Position numbers and translations under genes: made by a program. This document shows positions 9,453 to 18,135 of a DNA stretch of 64,000 bases, piece by piece. The stretch lies in the sequence record NC_041973.1; one strand, 5' to 3'. Position 1 is the stretch's first letter. Every line of letters starts with the position of its first letter. Under the pieces are notes generated by a model that searched no databases, had not been told where the DNA came from, and worked only from the letters and a program-made list of their open reading frames with translations.

Positions 9453-11020
9453 AAAAAAACCCGTGCTACGTTCAGCGGGGTGTATGCCGGGAAGGTGTTG
9501 CTCACCAGCGGTTGACGCGCCTGGCAGTTCGGGCATTTCCAACGCGGTACTGCGACCACACCGACCGTTACCCGGTTGATGAACTTGTTCAGCTCTTCAA
9601 AGAACGGTTTACGCATATCCGGGGTTGCACTGAATTGCTTCAGCAGCAAGGCCACGTCATCGGCCGACTCAACATAGTTGCCATCGTTGAACTCGATCTT
9701 GGTCACCCAGTGGGCGTAACCACGCATGGAGGACAGCGCTGCCTGTTTGTTGATGTGTTGCTCACGCTGCTCACGCGTCATGCTGTCGTTGAAGCTGTCG
9801 GTGATCGCTTGTTGAATGCCGTTGATCCAGGCATAACCCGCTGCATTCTTATCTTCGAGTGATGGCACCCGCAGATAGAACTTCACATCTTTCACAGTGA
9901 TGACATTGTCTTTCATCACTTCAAAGCCGGTCTGATAGGCAACGACCTGCTCGACGGTACGGCCGCTGAAGTGAGACATGTGCGCACGCTGGGTTGGTGA
10001 CAGACGATTGTTGTCAATGATCGACAGACGAGAGACGTTAACTTTCGCTGCTTCAACATGCACACACTTCTTCGGATCGGCGGCACAGGCAGTGACCATG
10101 TGGTAGCCAGACTTAAAGCGTGCGCCCAGGTAGGCGTTAGCGATCAGATCGAGATCCTGCTCTTTGATTAACGGCAGCAGGGTTTTCTTATCGGAGACGC
10201 CGATGCTGCTGTCAGTGACCATACCCAGCAGGAAGTCAGTCATGTGCTTACGCACCACGACATCCAGGTTGTTAAACACCAGACCGTTGGTACGACGACC
10301 GAGGATCGCTTTCTCAGCCATGATGGCGGTTTGCATATCCACAAACTCATCATCACCGGCAATCAGCAACGTAACCCAGATACCAGAATGTGGCAGCGGC
10401 AGATGGACATAGTCACCCATGTTCATCACGCCACGAGCACGCATCACTGCCTGTGGACCGGTCAGCAGTTTAGTGCCTTCGGTACTGCGCTTCACTGGCG
10501 GGCGAGAAACACCCTGCACTTTGTTATTGTCGAGCAGAATACCCTGCAGCCACTGCGCACCATCTTGACGAATGGTCAGGTTCAGACCAGAACGGTACGA
10601 CAGGTTGGTGATGGCGTTACTGGCCAGGGATAGCCAGATCATCGCTTTATCAGCACCGTACAGACTGACGATCTCTTTTAAGATCTTCTTGTCTTCGGTG
10701 TTGGTGTCGATCTCGTTGATCAGCGCCGTCGCTGCATCGTAATCCTGATGCATGATAGACAGCACACCTTCCGTGCCGACATCCTCCATGGAGTTCAGCT
10801 TTTCAATGATCGGGTTCTGATAGAGCGGATCGAACGCCTGCTCAACGGCTTCAACTTCAGGTGCTTCAGCTTCGCCCTGTTGGCTGGTTTCTGCTGGCTC
10901 GGGATCGGTGCCAATAGTACCAGTAGTCGCCGGACGGCCTGGATCAACTTCAGGAATACCAGAGTGGTTTTCTTCAACAGGATCTTGCTGTGACAGAATG
11001 GATGGGTTATCACCGGACAT
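9401..11020 (-). CDS. Tail/baseplate-hub assembly chaperone-like protein (T4 gp26/gp51-like; phiKZ gp77 position)
   Basis: CxxxxxxC and CPNC cysteine pairs, FxLRVPSL segment, acidic N-terminal linker; synteny upstream of the vRNAP beta' subunit. Confidence 0.55.
   Translation of the reverse strand: MSGDNPSILSQQDPVEENHSGIPEVDPGRPATTGTIGTDPEPAETSQQGEAEAPEVEAVEQAFDPLYQNPIIEKLNSMEDVGTEGVLSIMHQDYDAATALINEIDTNTEDKKILKEIVSLYGADKAMIWLSLASNAITNLSYRSGLNLTIRQDGAQWLQGILLDNNKVQGVSRPPVKRSTEGTKLLTGPQAVMRARGVMNMGDYVHLPLPHSGIWVTLLIAGDDEFVDMQTAIMAEKAILGRRTNGLVFNNLDVVVRKHMTDFLLGMVTDSSIGVSDKKTLLPLIKEQDLDLIANAYLGARFKSGYHMVTACAADPKKCVHVEAAKVNVSRLSIIDNNRLSPTQRAHMSHFSGRTVEQVVAYQTGFEVMKDNVITVKDVKFYLRVPSLEDKNAAGYAWINGIQQAITDSFNDSMTREQREQHINKQAALSSMRGYAHWVTKIEFNDGNYVESADDVALLLKQFSATPDMRKPFFEELNKFINRVTVGVVAVPRWKCPNCQARQPLVSNTFPAYTPLNVARVFFTLMTNTLNQTFDQADI
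9452..9460 (-). promoter_or_regulatory. Slippery site G-TTT-TTT-TT (T8) for -1 frameshifting
   Basis: 0 frame CGG GTT TTT TTT ACC; -1 frame GGT TTT TTT TAC is open for 154 further codons. Confidence 0.6.
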
Positions 11021-11037
11021 TATGCTTATCCTTACCT

Positions 11038-11505
11038 TTACTTTTTAGTGGGGTCGACCTGAACCGGGTCATTGAGTTTGCTTGCTGCGCCAGCGGCAAC
11101 CGCGTTAGCATGGGCACTGTCTGACATGGTCAGAATGGCAGCACCGTGACGCTGCATCGCATCCAGCAATTTACTCTGCAGGACGATGTATTGTTCGTGC
11201 ACACTGAGGAAGTCAGCGATGGTGCTGTCATGCAAGGCATAACCGGTTTTGCCTTGATGCTGCTGCTTGATCATCGGCAGTGTTTCATCGATCTCTTTGA
11301 CTACAGCCAGCGCCGCTTCGATGTGCGAGCTTAACGCAGAGGGGTTTGGCTGAAAGCGAATGATGTTGGTGTTGACGGCCATGAGACAAGTATTGCTCAG
11401 CTCATTGCGCAAATTAATCGTATAAGTTGCCGCAGAATCCAGGTACTCCCAGAACTGATCGGGCTGATGGACCTCTGGTGCGAGAGGCGGTTCATTGGTT
11501 GACAT
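11038..11505 (-). CDS. Conserved hypothetical protein (phiKZ gp78 position)
   Basis: AAGGA RBS; co-oriented with the chaperone genes. Confidence 0.6.
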   Translation of the reverse strand: MSTNEPPLAPEVHQPDQFWEYLDSAATYTINLRNELSNTCLMAVNTNIIRFQPNPSALSSHIEAALAVVKEIDETLPMIKQQHQGKTGYALHDSTIADFLSVHEQYIVLQSKLLDAMQRHGAAILTMSDSAHANAVAAGAASKLNDPVQVDPTKK

Positions 11506-11597
11506 AACGGGTCCTTGAGGTGATTTATCTTGTGGCTTACATATATTGACACTACTAATGTCAACAATTACAACGTTTATACGGAAAAGGCACGGTC

Positions 11598-12509
11598 ATG
11601 AGTGATTTTACTGACTTAACGAAATTGAAGACCGAATTACCACAAAACATCCAAAAGATTGATGAGCAGGATGATGTGGGTGACTTCAGCGATCTTAACG
11701 ACTACCTCATGACCATCATTCCGGATGAACGGCGTGAGCGCTTGATCGCGATCTGTCAAAACTTGAGCACCCTGCAGTATCATCAAGTCCAGCCCGATGT
11801 GGATCGGTTACTAATGATGGCCAACGACGGTGAAGCGCCTTCGGTGCTCGATGACTTGACCCGGTTGTTATTTGAACACGCTTATGACTTAACGAAAAAC
11901 ATGGGCTTTAACTGGGCTGATGAGATTGAGTTTGATCAGCTGTTCCTGCTCGGTGATGTAATCGAAGGTGCCATGTTGATTGATGGCATGGAAGACTACG
12001 GCGACCTCTCAGCGATCCTGGATGGGGATGACTCAGTTGAAGAGAAGGTGGTGGATATCTGGGGTCTGGTGCTCGACAAAGACATGCACCATCTGTTTGA
12101 ACAGATCCAGTCCATCGAACCGGCGGTGATCAGCGGGATCAAGCAAGTCACGACCCGACCGTATGCCGAAGACGATTATGCAGATGTGCAACGTCCACTT
12201 GAGTTTGTGGTTGAGCGGTTGGTGAAAGTCCGTGAAATGATGAAGACCGATGGCATTGCTTACCAGCACGTGGCCAAGGGTGGCGCCTTAGGCGTTGAGC
12301 TCGATTCACTGATCACGCTCTACACCCCTGAGCTGAATGCCGTGACCGACCCGATCGAACTGACCGACCTGCTGGTTGCCTTTACCCTGATCAGCAACAC
12401 CCCAGATGGTTTGGTGAAATCCACCGCATCCCGGCTGGCAGAAAAATGGATTGATGATATCGAAGTCATCAATGTGGTAGGTAAACATATCGACAGGTAT
12501 CCCGTGTGA
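11598..12509 (+). CDS. Acidic protein (phiKZ gp79 position)
   Basis: 303-aa ORF overlapping the GTG start of the RNAP subunit. Confidence 0.6.
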   Translation: MSDFTDLTKLKTELPQNIQKIDEQDDVGDFSDLNDYLMTIIPDERRERLIAICQNLSTLQYHQVQPDVDRLLMMANDGEAPSVLDDLTRLLFEHAYDLTKNMGFNWADEIEFDQLFLLGDVIEGAMLIDGMEDYGDLSAILDGDDSVEEKVVDIWGLVLDKDMHHLFEQIQSIEPAVISGIKQVTTRPYAEDDYADVQRPLEFVVERLVKVREMMKTDGIAYQHVAKGGALGVELDSLITLYTPELNAVTDPIELTDLLVAFTLISNTPDGLVKSTASRLAEKWIDDIEVINVVGKHIDRYPV

Positions 12510-13816
12510 ATATTCGCGACTATTTAATCATGGCCTTTCGGGCAGGGGCTTACAAGCAACGCCAGTGGGTGTTGAGTGTCATGAGTATCACCCAGACCCC
12601 GGATGGTAAATCCGTAGCAGACAGTATGATCCCGTATCAGGCACACCGCATCAACATCGGCGCGACCCTCGATTGGGCTTACTGGGACGACTTCAACAAA
12701 ACCTTTGTGCCGATTGAGGGAGTGGATGTTAACTTCCCGTTGTTTCGACCCGAGGATCAATACACACTACAACCTGGGGATTTTGCCAATGTCACTGAAG
12801 AAGTTACTACTACTTTCGGCCGTATTCTGGCTAACCATTATTATTTTATCGATGTGGTCGGTGAACGTGTCCCATTTCAGAACGTAGAATTCAACCGTGG
12901 GATGTTGGAGAAGATCTACAAGGCCCGGGTATTAGAAGACGCCCAGGACTTGCGGCGTTCTGATCCGTTCTACCTGACCGTCGATGAATTCAAACGCTCA
13001 GTGGATAATGGCTTTGCCTTGGGTGGGTTGTCGAAACTTTGTGTACCGACTGCTTGTCCGGAAACCATGTATCCGCCGAAGTTCATCATCGAGATGCGTG
13101 ACCGTCTGTTTGAAGAACACAAGGATGAGCTCAACAACCCGGTGGTCATGGGGCGTATTCAGGATGAGCTGTTAAAGCACTATCGTGAGTTCCTGATGTC
13201 CACCCCGTCAGCCAAGTTCTTTGTGATCAAGAAGACCATCGACCAGGCCTTCAACAACATGTTCCTGACCGGTGGTATTGCGGGGGCTTTTGGTGGTAAC
13301 ACTGTTATTACCAACTCGCTGTACGAAGGCTGGAACCTGAAGAACTTCCCGGCGTTAGTGAATGGCTCTATCGAAGCTTCCTTTGACCGCGGTGCGGCTA
13401 CAGCCGATGGCGGCGAGAAAGTGAAGATGTTGATCCGTGCCACGCAGAACATCCGTATCACCGATGATGATTGCGGCACCCAGCTCGGGGTACCGTGGGT
13501 GATTGAAGATGCCGGCAAGGCACGCTTCATTAACTCTTACATACTGGATAAGGGTGTGACGATTCTGTTAACTCCGGAGAACATTGATAAGTTCGTCGGT
13601 AAGCCGGTCATGACCCGTTCACCCAGCTTCTGTAAGAAATCCCATGGCGACTCCTGTAAGTTCTGCGTCGGTGCGCATAACGCCACCAACCCACGCGGGA
13701 TGTCTTCCGGTACCTCGAAGATCGGTTCTACCCTGATGTTGTTATCGATGAAAGCGATGCATAAAGGCAGTAAGATCGATCTGATCGAGTATAACCTTGA
13801 TGAGGTCTTTAACTGA
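12506..13816 (+). CDS. Virion RNA polymerase beta' subunit, C-terminal part (phiKZ gp80-like)
   Basis: DRGAATADGG (trigger/bridge-region TAxxG), ITDDDCGT and RSPSFC...CKFCVG Zn-site motifs of RpoC. Confidence 0.88.
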   Translation: MNIRDYLIMAFRAGAYKQRQWVLSVMSITQTPDGKSVADSMIPYQAHRINIGATLDWAYWDDFNKTFVPIEGVDVNFPLFRPEDQYTLQPGDFANVTEEVTTTFGRILANHYYFIDVVGERVPFQNVEFNRGMLEKIYKARVLEDAQDLRRSDPFYLTVDEFKRSVDNGFALGGLSKLCVPTACPETMYPPKFIIEMRDRLFEEHKDELNNPVVMGRIQDELLKHYREFLMSTPSAKFFVIKKTIDQAFNNMFLTGGIAGAFGGNTVITNSLYEGWNLKNFPALVNGSIEASFDRGAATADGGEKVKMLIRATQNIRITDDDCGTQLGVPWVIEDAGKARFINSYILDKGVTILLTPENIDKFVGKPVMTRSPSFCKKSHGDSCKFCVGAHNATNPRGMSSGTSKIGSTLMLLSMKAMHKGSKIDLIEYNLDEVFN

Positions 13817-13827
13817 GGATATCTGAA

Positions 13828-13838
13828 ACCTACATTAT
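13828..13838 (+). promoter_or_regulatory. Candidate phage early promoter ACCTACATTA
   Basis: Exact 10-mer also at 54046 and 63924; each copy lies ahead of an accessory region. Confidence 0.55.
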
Positions 13839-13870
13839 AAGAGGGAGATAACTTTTATAAGGAACGTACC

Positions 13871-14587
13871 ATGTATGGTTTATTAATCCTCGCCTTGCCT
13901 CAGTCACCGTACGTCCACATGAGTGCGATGACTGCGGACAGGTTTACTGAACTGCTCCCACAACTCCAGAAAGAGCTCGATGCAGATATCTTTCCTAATG
14001 TGTGTTTCCAGGGTGCATTCAATGTCAGTAATACCCGTACGGTCACTCAGCTGTTTATTCCGTGTAGCGGATTGGTGGCGGCGCGGGAGTTGGGGTATGA
14101 ACAGATCCGCAATATTCTCGCCAACCCAGAGAAGGAAGTCCAGCATGTCACCAACATCGGTGATTGGCTGGGTATTCCTGGTAAGGTGATGTTTGATAAT
14201 GCGGATGGATCTGTGGATGAGGTCGTTGTGACTGACATGTACAAATATCTGGTACATGAAAGAAGAGAGCGCTCTGTCTTTCGGTTCAGTCCTATTGATC
14301 TTAGTATAACCGATACCGAACCATTACCAACTCACCTCTACCCACGTGATCATTTCTACGACCAGGTCTACCTCGACAAAGACGGCGAGCGTGCTTTCCT
14401 GTCTTACGGGTCGTGCGGTGAGGAAGGCTGTGTCATAGAACCCAGAGAAGAGAAACCCGTGCAAGTGTACGGCGTTACCTACTCGTCACTGGATGAAGTG
14501 GCCCGATGCTATAACCTGCCTGAGCAGTACGTGAAAGAACGCGTTGAGTCTGACAGCCTTGAATGGCTGGAGTGGTCATATTTGTAA
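13871..14587 (+). CDS. Hypothetical protein with C-terminal NUMOD1-like HTH; paralog of 18136..18918
   Basis: Shared TNIGDWL and VTDxxKYL; C-terminal VYGVTYSSLDEVARCY...WLEWSYL. Confidence 0.65.
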   Translation: MYGLLILALPQSPYVHMSAMTADRFTELLPQLQKELDADIFPNVCFQGAFNVSNTRTVTQLFIPCSGLVAARELGYEQIRNILANPEKEVQHVTNIGDWLGIPGKVMFDNADGSVDEVVVTDMYKYLVHERRERSVFRFSPIDLSITDTEPLPTHLYPRDHFYDQVYLDKDGERAFLSYGSCGEEGCVIEPREEKPVQVYGVTYSSLDEVARCYNLPEQYVKERVESDSLEWLEWSYL

Positions 14588-14715
14588 AAGTATTTGGGGA
14601 TGAGACGCAGAGCTGATTCCCATCTACGGTAAGTTGTTCAAGGAAGCAGCAAACCGGTTATAAAAAATGAAAGGGTTTTCGTAAGATAGTCAGTGCTCCG
14701 TACCCGAGACAATAC

Positions 14716-14913
14716 ATGACCACAAACCCGCAGTTTATTTTCGTGGCTCAGAATTCTGATGCTACACACAGCGTAGAGAAACTGGAAGTAGGACGCGATA
14801 CCGATACCCAGAAGAACCTCACGGAACTTCGTAAAGGTTTGCCGTTCGACTTCTCGTTTATCATGTCTGAAGAGGCGATCTATCAACTTCGACAGGCAGG
14901 GCACATCAACTAA
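14716..14913 (+). CDS. Small hypothetical protein
   Basis: 65-aa co-oriented ORF filling the gap. Confidence 0.45.
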   Translation: MTTNPQFIFVAQNSDATHSVEKLEVGRDTDTQKNLTELRKGLPFDFSFIMSEEAIYQLRQAGHIN

Positions 14914-14928
14914 ACTGCTGAGGTAGTC

Positions 14929-15381
14929 ATGACGAACAAATCGGAGATCTCACACGGTGGTGGTGATCAGCCTATGGAAAAAGAGCAAAGCAACTTATCC
15001 GTACTGGTGAACTACTCCACAGGTGTGATGGAAGGTGACCGTTTTAATTACTCGGTTGCATTGGCGCTGTTGAAAGACGGCATCAAAGTGAAACGCGAAG
15101 ACTGGAAGAACGCTTTCCTGGTGTTCGTCCCGGGTAGTCAGAATGTTGAACTGCCAAAAGGGTCGCCGTATGAAGTCGCACTCCACGGTAAGAAGTCCGT
15201 TGCCAATATTCGTCCGCACATCGATCTGTACACGGAGTACGGTGAATTCGAAGTCGGTTGGACCGCCAACCAGGAAGACACCAACGCCGATGACTGGATG
15301 ATTGTCTTAGACAAGAACACCAATCAAGACGACAGTGCCGACGAAGAGAAAGAGTCCTCAAACGACGACTCGAAGTCATAA
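14929..15381 (+). CDS. tad2: DUF2829/Tad2-like (Thoeris anti-defence 2-like) protein
   Basis: FNYSVALALLKDGIKVKREDW...FVPGS...RPHID...W.ANQEDTNADDWMIV matches the recalled family pattern F..AL..LK.G.KV.R..W...W...Q.D..A.DW. Confidence 0.7.
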   Translation: MTNKSEISHGGGDQPMEKEQSNLSVLVNYSTGVMEGDRFNYSVALALLKDGIKVKREDWKNAFLVFVPGSQNVELPKGSPYEVALHGKKSVANIRPHIDLYTEYGEFEVGWTANQEDTNADDWMIVLDKNTNQDDSADEEKESSNDDSKS

Positions 15382-15386
15382 ACCCC

Positions 15387-15415
15387 AGGAGAGCTTCGGC
15401 TCTCCTTTTATGCCC
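15387..15415 (+). terminator. Hairpin (UUCG loop)-TTTATGCC element
   Basis: AGGAGAGC-TTCG-GCTCTCCT + TTTATGCCC. Confidence 0.75.
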
Positions 15416-15430
15416 ATTAAGGAACATGTC

Positions 15431-15790
15431 ATGAGTGAAAAGAAAGCGTTTGAAGTGGTATTGGATAGCCGTCATGAACCGTACGAAGCTTACCAGTTAT
15501 TAGTGGCGCGTATCAATACGTTATTACGCACCGGTCAAGGCTACCATGAAGTGAAACTCACGAAGTGGCAGCTTTACGATAACGGTCTTCTTATCAAAGG
15601 AGATGATGATGTGCATATCTCCTTGTTGCGTCATTTCTATTACGATAAGCAACGCAATACGTTTGGTGGTGGCTTCATGGCCTTTGAGATCCTGGAAGAT
15701 TTGGGTCGTTACTACAAAGTGCACGATATCACAGAAGGGATGAGCGAGAACGTTGGCCTCGTCTTCACGATCACGGTAACCACACCATAA
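15431..15790 (+). CDS. Tandem paralog array member 1 (start ATG 15431)
   Basis: AAGGA RBS; aligns by eye with 15797..16165. Confidence 0.65.
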   Translation: MSEKKAFEVVLDSRHEPYEAYQLLVARINTLLRTGQGYHEVKLTKWQLYDNGLLIKGDDDVHISLLRHFYYDKQRNTFGGGFMAFEILEDLGRYYKVHDITEGMSENVGLVFTITVTTP

Positions 15791-15796
15791 GAGGTT

Positions 15797-16165
15797 GTGA
15801 TGAAACCACTCTTCGCCATGAAGTTCGATACCCGGGATGCGGGATTAGGGGATCAACTCGATCTCTTGCAATCACGGGTGAAGGCTTACTCTAAACACGG
15901 CACCATGATCAAGGATGTGGCGGTGACGGCCTGGGTGGTCTGTTCGGATAACATGCCAGTTGCCGGTGATGACCCTGCTTATGTCAGTATTATCCACCGT
16001 TACCGTTACGACATCGAACAACAGTGTGTGGTCGGTGGGGTCAGTGCCATGGATGCTCTGCGTGAGATCTGGTCGGCGTATGGTCCTGACTCTACCCTCC
16101 CGCCGTTCAGCCGGATACCCGGTGCTGTCGATATGCAATTTACCTTAACTGTGTTCACTATTTAA
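15797..16165 (+). CDS. Tandem paralog array member 2
   Basis: Shared DxR...LL..R, T.W, GDD, YD, GG..A pattern. Confidence 0.65.
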   Translation: MMKPLFAMKFDTRDAGLGDQLDLLQSRVKAYSKHGTMIKDVAVTAWVVCSDNMPVAGDDPAYVSIIHRYRYDIEQQCVVGGVSAMDALREIWSAYGPDSTLPPFSRIPGAVDMQFTLTVFTI

Positions 16166-16178
16166 AGGAGATACCCTC

Positions 16179-16571
16179 ATGGGAGTTTCTACTGCTGCTG
16201 CTCGTCGTTCTAAAGAAGGGGTGTTTACCCGGAGTATTGAAGTGCGTCACGATCACTGGAAACGCGATATCACTGATCTAGGACTGGATGTCCATAACCT
16301 GGTGCTGTGCAAGCAGGAGATCGTGTCCGTTACCGTCACGGCTTGGCGGGCGTATGATGAGTGCGGTGTATTGCGCGGTAGTGCCAAAGAGTTGAAGTTA
16401 GACATTACGGAATGGTTCCTCGGTGACAAAGGCCCGGTCATTAATGATGCGATCAAACCTCTCACGTTTGCCTTCATCATTAATCAACAACGCAGCCAAC
16501 GCACGCCCTGGGTAAAAGATGTCCGCTTAGGGCTTAACCTGTCCATTGTCTACAAGAGGATTCAGCAATAA
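16179..16571 (+). CDS. Hypothetical protein, possible array member 3
   Basis: AAGGAG RBS; VTVTAW motif. Confidence 0.6.
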   Translation: MGVSTAAARRSKEGVFTRSIEVRHDHWKRDITDLGLDVHNLVLCKQEIVSVTVTAWRAYDECGVLRGSAKELKLDITEWFLGDKGPVINDAIKPLTFAFIINQQRSQRTPWVKDVRLGLNLSIVYKRIQQ

Positions 16572-16915
16572 TGGAAATTGTCCACCAACTCGATCTTAGC
16601 CACGGCTGGGAACCCTTCAACCGCCTGAAAGCCGCCTTTGCCAAGAAACCCCCGGAGGCGATCCACATCACTGCCTGGGTCGCTCATGGTTATAAAGGAA
16701 ACCTCATCGGCGATGAGCAAGTGGTGAAAGGGTCGTGCCAGGAGTGTCGGATTGATGTGACCCACATCTTCTTTCCCAGTCGGCCTGAGATCTTGATTGG
16801 TTTGTCGAGCTTCATTAACACTATTAACCGTGACGGGCCGGTGAAGATCCCGGCCTGGACCGGATCGATTACTCTTTGTCTTGAATTAGCGATAAGTTAT
16901 ACGGATAGAATTTAA
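16571..16915 (+). CDS. Hypothetical protein, possible array member 4
   Basis: TAATG overlap; IHITAW motif. Confidence 0.6.
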   Translation: MEIVHQLDLSHGWEPFNRLKAAFAKKPPEAIHITAWVAHGYKGNLIGDEQVVKGSCQECRIDVTHIFFPSRPEILIGLSSFINTINRDGPVKIPAWTGSITLCLELAISYTDRI

Positions 16916-17022
16916 TCGGCATATATTCTGTCTCGTTAGCGTAAGCTCGCTAAAAACCCTTTTAAAGTTTTGTATAACAAACTATCAACTTTGTAGAAAG
17001 AAACAAATAGGAAATTAATCTC

Positions 17023-17733
17023 ATGTTGCATGAAAACTTTGAAGCCTTAGTGGCGAACATCGCCAACCAAATCAATCAGCTGGAACCAGAGGATCTGCCG
17101 TCACTGATCCTGACCAAGAGCGAGGTCTACATCAACGACAAGCGACACGATCGCACGCGTCTACTGCTGAACCTGTTTACCCCACAACCCGGGCACACGC
17201 ACGACGTGACCTTCGATCAAGAGCTGCAGGATGCCTTCGCTCACAACAACCTGGAGTTTATCAAAGTCGGTGAAGGGATCGCCTACGGACTACTGCGTAC
17301 CAGTATCGTTAACAACGAACCCGCGGTGTTCTGGATTCACGCCGATGTCTCCGATGATGCATCATTACTGAAGCAAGCCTGGGACATCATCACCGACCTG
17401 AAGAAGAATGCGGGTTACCCCCAGGCGTTTAACATTGACGTGCTCGACGTAAGCTGGCATGCGTTAAGCTGGGCACAACTGCTGGGGACTTTGCTTGACC
17501 GCACTGACCCGACCCGCCGGTTCCGTTTGGCAACTAACCCCGATTACGATTTTGTGTTATCCCAGAAAGCCATCACGTACTACCAGGAGACGTTGAGTAA
17601 ACGTCCGATGGCACCGGTTGCTTACCTCGATGACACTAACCTGTTTAATGGTGGCGACTTTAACGACAGTGATCGCAACTGGGCAATCGCCCCGAACGAC
17701 AGCACCCGCCCTATCGTGAAGGTGTATGTTTAA
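17023..17733 (+). CDS. Hypothetical protein
   Basis: AGGA RBS; 236 aa. Confidence 0.65.
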   Translation: MLHENFEALVANIANQINQLEPEDLPSLILTKSEVYINDKRHDRTRLLLNLFTPQPGHTHDVTFDQELQDAFAHNNLEFIKVGEGIAYGLLRTSIVNNEPAVFWIHADVSDDASLLKQAWDIITDLKKNAGYPQAFNIDVLDVSWHALSWAQLLGTLLDRTDPTRRFRLATNPDYDFVLSQKAITYYQETLSKRPMAPVAYLDDTNLFNGGDFNDSDRNWAIAPNDSTRPIVKVYV

Positions 17734-17743
17734 ATAAACACAA

Positions 17744-17784
17744 GCTCCAGATGGTATACTTGGAAACATTTATTGATCTGGAGC
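17744..17784 (+). promoter_or_regulatory. RBS-sequestering hairpin with TATACT in the loop
   Basis: GCTCCAGAT...ATCTGGAGC 9-bp stem whose 3' arm contains the GGAG of the 17792 gene. Confidence 0.5.
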
Positions 17785-17791
17785 CCCAGCC

Positions 17792-18091
17792 ATGCAAAAC
17801 AATGACGATGTGGTGCCGATGCACTATAACCACAACGTGGACATGAATAACCCGCTCGACGTGGATGAAGAGGCGTTAAAGGTTCGCTTCGCTGCGCGCC
17901 TGTGCAGCTTCCTTGATCTTGCCGAGCAACTGAATAAGGATGACTTAACCCAAAACGATATCAGTCAGTTCACCGTCGGTATCGTAAACTTAGTGTGTGA
18001 CTCAATGGGCAGTAGTCCCAAACGAGACCTTTACAGGAGACAGATGGTTGACAAACTTGAACCTGTTCTGTCGAGGCATCTGATTAAATAG
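17792..18091 (+). CDS. Hypothetical protein
   Basis: GGAG RBS; 99 aa. Confidence 0.6.
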   Translation: MQNNDDVVPMHYNHNVDMNNPLDVDEEALKVRFAARLCSFLDLAEQLNKDDLTQNDISQFTVGIVNLVCDSMGSSPKRDLYRRQMVDKLEPVLSRHLIK

Positions 18092-18135
18092 TCGGAGGCG
18101 TGACGGAACGCGACTACATTGCAGTATAAAAGGAT

